Assembly: GCA_964371055.1 (NCBI GenBank)
Contig: CAYJLF010000016.1
Location: forward strand, 72,628-136,627
DNA length: 64,000 nucleotides
Source: an uncultured bacterium
GTDB taxonomy: Bacteria; Eisenbacteria; RBG-16-71-46; CAIMUX01
Direction of reading: 5' to 3'
The first letter of the stretch is position 1; every line of letters starts with the position of its first letter. The position numbers and the translations under genes were made by a program. Below are positions 57,258 to 64,000 of the stretch, piece by piece. Below the pieces are notes generated by a model, which was given only the letters and a program-made list of their open reading frames with translations, was not told where the DNA came from and searched no databases.

Positions 57258-57878
57258 CTACCGGCGCCAGCGCCCGAGGATGCCGGCCTGGCGTCCTGGA
57301 TCCTCCACGCGCACGTGGATCGAAGCGATCCCCGGGCTCTGCGGAAAGAGCCGGACGGTGTAGGTACCGGTCGTATCGGGCGTAAAGGGCAGCCGCACCT
57401 CGCCCCACGCCGGAGGGGCCGATGGCCGCTTCCGATCCTGCTCCGGGATGAACTTGAGCTCCGCGTTGAAGACCACCTTTTCGTCCGGCCGCACGAAGCG
57501 ATAGCGGATCCGGGCCGGATGGGTGGCCGGTTTCGCGCGGTCCGCCACCGGTCGCACGACCAGGAACAGCTGGTCACCCGCATGCGTGATCGGGAATCGA
57601 ACGGTGCGCACGATGCCTGGGTCCCCCGTTTGCAGCGCGCCCGTCCCCTCGACCTCCGTGGCGAAGAGGATCGGGGAGTTGAGCAGACGCCCGAGGAGGA
57701 AGACCACGAGCGCCATCAGGAGACCCGCTCCCAGGACGATCGAAGCCATCCGGGCGACCCGAGCCTCGGTCACGTCATAGCGGCGGCAGAAGTGGCGCCG
57801 CATGGCCCAGACGAAGGCGGCCATCCCCGCGAAGAGCGCAAACACGATCGCGGACTGAATCAGGCTCGGCACACGCAC
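57258..57878 (-). CDS. Hypothetical membrane protein (2 N-terminal TM helices, soluble beta-rich C-terminus)
   Basis: Hydrophobic segments 'SAIVFALFAGMAAFVWAM' and 'IVLGAGLLMALVVFLLG'. SD GGAGG before GTG. Fills the gap between neighbouring genes. Confidence 0.65.
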   Translation of the reverse strand: MRVPSLIQSAIVFALFAGMAAFVWAMRRHFCRRYDVTEARVARMASIVLGAGLLMALVVFLLGRLLNSPILFATEVEGTGALQTGDPGIVRTVRFPITHAGDQLFLVVRPVADRAKPATHPARIRYRFVRPDEKVVFNAELKFIPEQDRKRPSAPPAWGEVRLPFTPDTTGTYTVRLFPQSPGIASIHVRVEDPGRQAGILGRWRR

Positions 57879-58098
57879 CTCCGTCCGATCCCTCGACGGT
57901 GAACTACGCGGGCGATTCTACATGATTCCGGCGGACCGGGCTGTGGACGGATGGCGGCGCACGGCGGTCGCCGCCGCGCGGCCTCGCGGATCCGGCGTTG
58001 TCGGCCCCGGGATCCCGGGGTACCATCCGCTCCTCTCCGGCGGGAACCAGAGTCTGGTCTCCGGGGTTGCTGGCCGGTCAATCCATGAGGAGGGCGGA

Positions 58099-58713
58099 AT
58101 GCTCCAGGCCTCTCGCCGCAGACGACCGCTGTCGTTCTCGATGCTGGCCACGGCCGGTATCTGCGCCATCTTTGGGCCGGCGACGACTCGCGTCGATGCG
58201 TCCCCAACCCCGTTCGCGACTCCCGCCGCCGCCCAGGGATCGATCCTCGCGGCCGACCTCGGCGCGGCCCCACCGGAGTCCGGGGCCCGCGGTTCGCGCG
58301 GTGCAGAGGCCGATACGCTCGATCTGGCCGCCTATCACGGAAAGGTCGTCTATCTCGACTTCTGGGCCTCCTGGTGCAAGCCGTGCCGCGCATCCTTCCC
58401 CTGGATGGCAGACATCCAGAAGCGCCTCGGCGACCAGGGGCTGGCCGTCGTCACGGTCAACCTGGACAAGAAGCGGGAGGCCGCGGCGAAGTTCCTTCAG
58501 GAGTTCTCTCCGGACATCCACGTCCTGTACGACCCCGAGGGGAAGCTGGCCTCGCTCCATGGGCTGAAGGCGATGCCGACATCCTGCCTTTACGGCCGGG
58601 ACGGCACCCTGCGTGCCACCCACACGGGATTCTCGAAGGAGCAGGCTGCCGGGATCGAGAAGGAGATCCTGGGACTTCTCGGAGAGGAGGCTCCTGATGC
58701 CACGAAACCATGA
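58099..58713 (+). CDS. TlpA-like thiol-disulfide oxidoreductase
   Basis: 'GKVVYLDFWASWCKPCRASFPW' and 'MPTSCLYGRDG'. Confidence 0.9.
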   Translation: MLQASRRRRPLSFSMLATAGICAIFGPATTRVDASPTPFATPAAAQGSILAADLGAAPPESGARGSRGAEADTLDLAAYHGKVVYLDFWASWCKPCRASFPWMADIQKRLGDQGLAVVTVNLDKKREAAAKFLQEFSPDIHVLYDPEGKLASLHGLKAMPTSCLYGRDGTLRATHTGFSKEQAAGIEKEILGLLGEEAPDATKP

Positions 58714-58972
58714 CTGCGCCGAGACGCGTGAGGCCGGCCGGCACCGTTACCTCCTCGCCGGCCTGGGTGTTCTGATGGTGGGGTGGGTCGTGTTCATGGG
58801 CGGGTGCGCGCATCTCGGCGTCCAACCGTGGGAGCGGGATCAACTGGCCCGCGAGGAAATGACCTTCGGATCGGATCCGGTGGAGTCCGGCCTGGACGAC
58901 CACATCTATTTCAGCAAGGAGGCTTCGAGCGGGGGCCGGGGCTTCGGCGGCGGCGGGTGCGGTTGCAACTAG
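58697..58972 (+). CDS. DUF4266 domain small lipoprotein
   Basis: 'GGC...VQPWER..LA...M...H.YFSKE.SSGG.G.GGGGCGCN*' is the DUF4266 signature. Confidence 0.85.
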   Translation: MPRNHDCAETREAGRHRYLLAGLGVLMVGWVVFMGGCAHLGVQPWERDQLAREEMTFGSDPVESGLDDHIYFSKEASSGGRGFGGGGCGCN

Positions 58973-59013
58973 CGGCGCGAAACGATCCCCACCGGAAAGC
59001 AGGGAGAGCTGAA

Positions 59014-60303
59014 TTGGACGCACCCGGAACGAAGCCAACCCTCCGCGCTGCGCTCGCCGCGGCGGTCTGCACCCTGCTTGCGCCCGGCGCCCGGGCGGGA
59101 CTGCCGCCGGTGGAGACACAATCGGCCGTCCTGATCTACAGCGAGCCCGGCCGCGTGTCGGCCGTCGAGACCGTGGCTCGAACTTCGTTCGAACTGGCCG
59201 GCGATCGGCGTCTGGGAGTCCGGCTGGTCTTCGACGCCCTGACCGGCGCCTCCGCCAACGGCGGGGTTCCATCCCGCCTGGCACAGACCTTCACCCGCCC
59301 CTCGGGTCGAGGCAGCTATGTCGTCCCGCCGGGAGATACTCCTCTGGACGACACCTTTCATGACACGAGGGTGGCCGGGAACGTCGACTATGACACGCCA
59401 CTCGGCCGACTCGCCCGCATCGACCTGGGCGCCAACGTCTCCAGCGAGTTCGACTACCGGTCGATCGGACTGAGCGCGATCCTCTCGAAAGATCTCCATC
59501 TCCGGAACACGACGATCACCGCCGGGGTCTCGGGATCCTTCGACACCGTGAACCCGGTGGGAGGCGTACCGCAGCCGTTCGGCGCGATGAGAACCGCGGG
59601 ACAACAGCCGATCCGGATCGGCGACACGCGAGAGAAGCGCATCCTCGACGTGCTGGCCGGAGTCACCCAGGTGATCGACCGATCGACCCTGATGCAGTTC
59701 AACTACTCCTACAGCCGGTCCAGCGGCTACCTCACCGATCCATACAAGGTTCTCAGCGTGGTGGGCTCTCCCTCCGGATCCCGGAGCGGCCAGCCGATCG
59801 GCCTCGAGAACGACGGTTACCGGTACGAAAAGCGTCCCGATGCCAGGACCAAGCATGGCTTGTTCTGGGAAGGCCGTCACACGCCCGGGTCGGATGTCAT
59901 CGGGCTCTCGTACCGCTTCCTCTGGGATGATTGGGGGGTGCGCTCCCACACCGTCGAAGGGCGCTACCGGTGGGCCGCCGGCGAGCACACCTACCTGGAG
60001 CCGCAGATGCGCTACTACCGTCAGACGGCCGCCGACTTCTACCGACACAGCCTCGTCGAGGGTGATCCCTTGCCGCGTCACGCCACGGCCGACTACCGGC
60101 TGGGAGAGATGGACACGATGACCCAAGGGGTGAAGATCGGCCGGGTGCTGGGCCGGAGCCAGGAAGCGGCGGTCCGGGTCCAGTACTACCGGCAATCTGG
60201 CAACGGTTCGCCTTCCGACGCGATCGGAGACGAGCGCCAGTTCGACCTCTTCCCGACGGTCGGTGCCTGGATCGGCCAGATCTCCTACAACATCTCGTTC
60301 TGA
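59014..60303 (+). CDS. DUF3570 domain outer-membrane protein
   Basis: TTG after GGGAGAG. Signal peptide, 'YSEPGRVS', 'DALTGAS', 'S.EFDY.S.G', 'GYLTDPYK', 'YRFLWDDWGV.SHT' and 'RYYRQTAADFY'. Position in the TlpA-DUF4266-X-ApbE cluster. Confidence 0.82.
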   Translation: MDAPGTKPTLRAALAAAVCTLLAPGARAGLPPVETQSAVLIYSEPGRVSAVETVARTSFELAGDRRLGVRLVFDALTGASANGGVPSRLAQTFTRPSGRGSYVVPPGDTPLDDTFHDTRVAGNVDYDTPLGRLARIDLGANVSSEFDYRSIGLSAILSKDLHLRNTTITAGVSGSFDTVNPVGGVPQPFGAMRTAGQQPIRIGDTREKRILDVLAGVTQVIDRSTLMQFNYSYSRSSGYLTDPYKVLSVVGSPSGSRSGQPIGLENDGYRYEKRPDARTKHGLFWEGRHTPGSDVIGLSYRFLWDDWGVRSHTVEGRYRWAAGEHTYLEPQMRYYRQTAADFYRHSLVEGDPLPRHATADYRLGEMDTMTQGVKIGRVLGRSQEAAVRVQYYRQSGNGSPSDAIGDERQFDLFPTVGAWIGQISYNISF

Positions 60304-60343
60304 CTCCGGGAGGATGGCGCGCGGCCGTCCGGAGAACGCATCG

Positions 60344-61288
60344 ATGAAGAACAGGCGGCAGGCGGCTCCGGCTCAGGGACGATCCGGAAGGCGGGCCGCG
60401 CCGATCGCTTCCTCGCTGACGAGGGACGGCGATCACTGGAAGGGTTCGTTCTCGGCCATGGCCAGCCCGTGCGAGCTGTTGCTCGATCCGATTCCGTTCG
60501 GCGAAGCCCAGCGCCTTCTTCGCCTCGTCTCCCGCGAGGTCTGGAGGATCGAGCGGAAGTTCAGCCGCTATCGAAGGGATAGCGTCCTGGGGCGCCTCCA
60601 TGCCGCCGCCGGCGTACCCTTCGAGGTGGACGACGAGACCGCAGGCCTGCTTGACTTCGCGACGCAATGCTGGTCCCTGAGCGGCGGGCTCTTCGACATC
60701 ACGTCGGGGGTCCTGCGCCGCGCCTGGAGTTTCGACGGCAGCGACCGGATCCCTACGTCCGCCCAGATCCGGAACCTCCTTCCCTTCGTCGGCTGGTCGA
60801 AGGTCGAGTGGACGCGGCCCCGTCTCCGCCTCCCCGCCGGGATGGAGATCGACCTCGGGGGCCTGGGCAAGGAGTACGCCGTCGACCGGGCCGCCGACAT
60901 GGCACGAGCAGAAACCAATGCCTCCTTCCTGCTCAATCTGGGTGGCGACCTGACGGCGTCGGGCCCTCGCGCTGACGGGTGGCCGTGGCGCGTCGGCATC
61001 GAGGATCCAGCCGCTCCCGACCGGGCGACGCGGTTGATCGAGATCCGGGGCGGCGCTCTGGCCACCAGCGGGGACAGCCGCCGGTATCTTCTCAAAGACG
61101 GGGTGCGCTACTCGCACATCCTGAGTCCGGTCACCGGCTGGCCCATTCCGGACGCGCCCCGATCGGTCACGGTCGCGGCCCCGCGCTGTACCGAAGCAGG
61201 GATGCTCGCGACTCTCGCGCTGCTTCAGGGGTCCCGCGCGGAGGAGTTTCTCGAGTCCGGGGGGACGCAGTCATGGTGCGTGCGGTGA
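60344..61288 (+). CDS. apbE: FAD:protein FMN transferase (ApbE)
   Basis: 'FSAMAS', 'FSRYR.DS', 'GLFDIT', 'IDLGGLGKEYAVD', 'NLGGD', 'ALATSGD.RRY' and 'YSHIL.PVTGWP'. Confidence 0.92.
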   Translation: MKNRRQAAPAQGRSGRRAAPIASSLTRDGDHWKGSFSAMASPCELLLDPIPFGEAQRLLRLVSREVWRIERKFSRYRRDSVLGRLHAAAGVPFEVDDETAGLLDFATQCWSLSGGLFDITSGVLRRAWSFDGSDRIPTSAQIRNLLPFVGWSKVEWTRPRLRLPAGMEIDLGGLGKEYAVDRAADMARAETNASFLLNLGGDLTASGPRADGWPWRVGIEDPAAPDRATRLIEIRGGALATSGDSRRYLLKDGVRYSHILSPVTGWPIPDAPRSVTVAAPRCTEAGMLATLALLQGSRAEEFLESGGTQSWCVR

Positions 61289-61343
61289 GTCCGCCCGCCG
61301 CGCCGGCGATCACCCATCGCGCTCCCCTTCATCACCTCGGACG

Positions 61344-62909
61344 CTACCGATACCGCCACAGAATCAGCGCGTTCTCCTCCGCGGGGGCCAGGGCCGCCGG
61401 GCTGGACCGGATCCGTCGCCGCGCGACTTCGTCCTCGCGTCGCAGGACGATCTCTCCCGCCACCCGCCACTCCGGGTAGTACCAGATTCGCATCCGCCGC
61501 TCCGTGTAGCTTCCCTCGATGAGGTCGGGACGCCCGTACGTGTACTGGTCGAAGAGATAGCCGATGCGCCGCGCTCGGAGATACTCCTCGAGTCGACCGG
61601 CGCGGAGCGCCTCCTGGTAGCGATAGTTGTTGATCAACCCATCCAGGTTTATGACCTGCCGGCCGCTGAACCAGGCGAAGACCCCGGAGTCGGTCATGCC
61701 GAAGACGGCATCGGAGGGAAGATGATCACGCGCCCACTCGGCGATCTGTCGTGCGGCATCGAGATGGCGGTCGTCGCGTCGCGACAGGGACCAGGCCTGC
61801 ACCGTGATCGCCGCGACCAATCCCAGCAGCACGACACCGGAGCGCAGGAAGGACGGCGACGCGCGCCGGACGACAAGCCGACGCCGGGGGTCGATCCAGC
61901 GGTGGAACGCATGGTCCAGGAACCACGGCACGCCCAGGAGCGCGAGCGGGACCAGATGCACGAAGTGCCAGCGGTCCACTCCCCAGTTCATGAAAAGGAG
62001 TGTCCAGGCGAGGTGGAGCAGTCCGCCGAGCCCCAGCCACCCCATCACCCGGACCCAACGGGACGCGGACGGGCGCAGGGAGGCGAGGAAGAAGAGCCCG
62101 CCGAAGAGGCCGAGGGCCGTGAATTCCTTGAACTCGAGCAGATAGGCGAGATGCAGCTTCGGGTGGGGAAAGGTCGACTTCACCGCTCCCGAGACCGGCT
62201 GCAGGTGGCCGAAGGTGACCAGGTTCCAGACGAGATAGGGGGTGACGATCACCGCGCAAGCCAGACCTCCGAGCAGCACGGATCGCCAGGCACGACGCCA
62301 CAGACCGAGCACACCCCAGGCCACGACCAGAAAGACGGTGTCCAGGCGCGCCAGGCAGGCCGCCCCCAGCAGCAGCCCGATCGCGATCGAACGCCTCGCC
62401 CCCGGCGGGCGTTCGATGGCTGGCTCAGCCTCGGTCTCGGAGCGCAGCATCTGACGGACCAGGACGAGAAGGAGGAGGAGCAGGAGTCCCGATTCGAGCA
62501 AACTGACCGTCAGCCCGAAGAAGCGCGGCCAGGCGAGGATCAGGATCCCGACCTGCGCGGCCCACTCTCCCCGCTCCCGTGCCAGCAGGGTTCGCACCTG
62601 AAACAGCACGCCGAGGCCGAGCAGTCCCGAGAGGAGCAGGGCAACCCGCAACGTCGCCTCCGGGGCGCCTCCCGTGATCCACTGGCACGGTACGAGGCAG
62701 AGCATCCAGAGGGGGTGGTACCCGTTGGTCGGCTCGGAGAGATCGAACGTGGAACCGAGCCCGCGGGCGACGTTTCGGGCCACCTGCAGGTAATAGAACG
62801 AGTCATCCAAGAGACCGTTGACGATCGCCGGCAGGCCGGCCCCGAGCGCGAGCCAGAGATACCAGGCGGCATAGGCCGAGAGGAGAAGCCAGGTCAGGCG
62901 CCGCGACAT
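61344..62909 (-). CDS. Polytopic GT-C-fold glycosyltransferase-like membrane protein
   Basis: First loop 'DDSFYYLQVARN...TNGYHPLW', 'LARLD' and many TM helices. Soluble C-terminal tail 'DSGVFAWFSGRQVINLDGLIN'. Confidence 0.7.
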   Translation of the reverse strand: MSRRLTWLLLSAYAAWYLWLALGAGLPAIVNGLLDDSFYYLQVARNVARGLGSTFDLSEPTNGYHPLWMLCLVPCQWITGGAPEATLRVALLLSGLLGLGVLFQVRTLLARERGEWAAQVGILILAWPRFFGLTVSLLESGLLLLLLLVLVRQMLRSETEAEPAIERPPGARRSIAIGLLLGAACLARLDTVFLVVAWGVLGLWRRAWRSVLLGGLACAVIVTPYLVWNLVTFGHLQPVSGAVKSTFPHPKLHLAYLLEFKEFTALGLFGGLFFLASLRPSASRWVRVMGWLGLGGLLHLAWTLLFMNWGVDRWHFVHLVPLALLGVPWFLDHAFHRWIDPRRRLVVRRASPSFLRSGVVLLGLVAAITVQAWSLSRRDDRHLDAARQIAEWARDHLPSDAVFGMTDSGVFAWFSGRQVINLDGLINNYRYQEALRAGRLEEYLRARRIGYLFDQYTYGRPDLIEGSYTERRMRIWYYPEWRVAGEIVLRREDEVARRRIRSSPAALAPAEENALILWRYR

Positions 62910-62953
62910 CGCTCACCCAGACGGTAAAAACGCCGGTCTTCCCCGAAGTCAGA

Positions 62954-62977
62954 GGGATCGGGACATGGCCCGATCCC
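62954..62977. terminator. Hairpin downstream of the dehydrogenase gene
   Basis: GGGATCGGG-ACATGG-CCCGATCCC, a 9-bp perfect stem. No adjacent U-tract on the minus strand. Confidence 0.35.
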
Positions 62978-63011
62978 CCTTGCCCTGAACCGACTCAACG
63001 CGACCACTCCG

Positions 63012-64000
63012 TCACAGGCGGGAGATGATCGCGTCGGTCATCTGCGTGGTGTTGGCCGCGCCGTGCGCGAAGACATCGGGACCGCCCTTCAGGTGCATCA
63101 TGTCATAAGTCCGCACCTTCCCCTCGGCGATGACCGAGGCGACCGCCCGCTTGATGCGGGCCGCCCCCGCCTCTTCCCCGACATGCTCGAGCATCATCGC
63201 CGCCGACAGGATCATCGCGATCGGGTTGACGATCGAAGGGGAGAGCATCTCGTACTTCGGCGCGGAGCCGTGGGTCGGCTCGAACACCGCCACGTCTCTC
63301 CCGATATTGGCGCTGGCGGCGAAGCCGAGTCCGCCCACGAGACCCGCGAACCCGTCGCTGACGATGTCACCGAACATGTTGCCGGCCACGATGACGTTGT
63401 AGTCCTCCGGATTCTTGGTCAGCCACATCATCATCGCGTCAATGTTCGTGTCCCAGACCGCGATCCCGGGGAAGTCAGCGGCGATCTTCCTCGCCTCGGA
63501 GAGCATCATGCCCGACGTCTCCCGGATCACGTTCGGCTTCTCGCAGACCGTGACGGCCTTGAAGCCGCGCTTCTTCGCATATTCGAACGCGGCTCGCACG
63601 ATGCGCCGGCAGGCGCCGCGGCTCATGATCCGGCAGCTGATCGCAAGGTCCTCTCCCGGAACGGCGGCGAAGTTCTTCATCGCCGCATGGGTGTTCAGAG
63701 CGTCGCGGACCTGGGCCGGAGGGTTGGTCCACTCGACGCCGCTATAGAGGCACTCGGTGTTCTGCCGGAAGATCGTGGCGTCGATCCCGGGCTCCACGAA
63801 ACCGTCCCCGTGGCGGCGGATGAAGTTCAGTGGATTCTTCGGAAAGCTGACGCAGGGCCGCACGCTGATGTCGAGATCGAAGAGCTGCCGCATCCGTACG
63901 ATCGGGCTGCGGTAGACATGCCCTTTCCCCTTCAGCCCGGCCGCCAGTTCGGCCTCGGCCTTGTCCTTCGGCTTGCTCGTGATGGCGCCGAAGAGGGCCA
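63012..64000 (-). CDS. Isocitrate/isopropylmalate dehydrogenase family protein (5'-truncated by window edge)
   Basis: The frame is open to the window end (LFGAITSKP...). 'RQNTECLY', 'NMFGDIVSD..AGLVGGLG', 'FEPTHGSAPKY' and 'NPIAMILSAAMML.H'. Confidence 0.9.
   Translation of the reverse strand, partial: ALFGAITSKPKDKAEAELAAGLKGKGHVYRSPIVRMRQLFDLDISVRPCVSFPKNPLNFIRRHGDGFVEPGIDATIFRQNTECLYSGVEWTNPPAQVRDALNTHAAMKNFAAVPGEDLAISCRIMSRGACRRIVRAAFEYAKKRGFKAVTVCEKPNVIRETSGMMLSEARKIAADFPGIAVWDTNIDAMMMWLTKNPEDYNVIVAGNMFGDIVSDGFAGLVGGLGFAASANIGRDVAVFEPTHGSAPKYEMLSPSIVNPIAMILSAAMMLEHVGEEAGAARIKRAVASVIAEGKVRTYDMMHLKGGPDVFAHGAANTTQMTDAIISRL

Overview
A 64 kb, high-GC chromosomal segment from a diderm bacterium. 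The secretome style suggests Ca. Eisenbacteria or a related FCB-type candidate phylum (inference only). I found no rRNA, tRNA, CRISPR array or mobile element. In order, the window holds: a mannoside-utilisation operon (GH130, CBM9-like, SSS transporter, GH38); a Cys-rich repeat protein; an amidohydrolase; three surface-glycan glycosyltransferases around a GAF-only protein; AbgT; three FlgD-Ig/T9SS-like CTD proteins (beta-propeller, beta-helix, C10 peptidase); an OM barrel with a second GH38-like enzyme; a CAP lipoprotein; three Cys-rich secreted proteins divergent from an exported DsbA/FrnE-like selenoprotein (in-frame UGA, UxxC, split in two by the ORF track); a kinase plus REC-PP2C pair; three tandem subtilases; Uup; an S41-BlaI-BlaR1-like operon with a palindromic operator; a BsuPI-like lipoprotein; an HNH plus DNA methyltransferase pair; the TlpA-DUF4266-DUF3570-ApbE cluster; a GT-C membrane protein; and a partial isocitrate/isopropylmalate dehydrogenase. 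The most striking signal is a short C-terminal motif, [ST]WGx[IV]Kxx[YH][RF], shared by four signal-peptide proteins that lack the FlgD CTD. Three of these carry an unnamed 6-Cys 'ACC...C...C...CxPNPC' repeat, and three lie directly beside the selenoprotein. This could be an undescribed sorting and oxidative-folding system. All family assignments come from motif recognition, not database searches.
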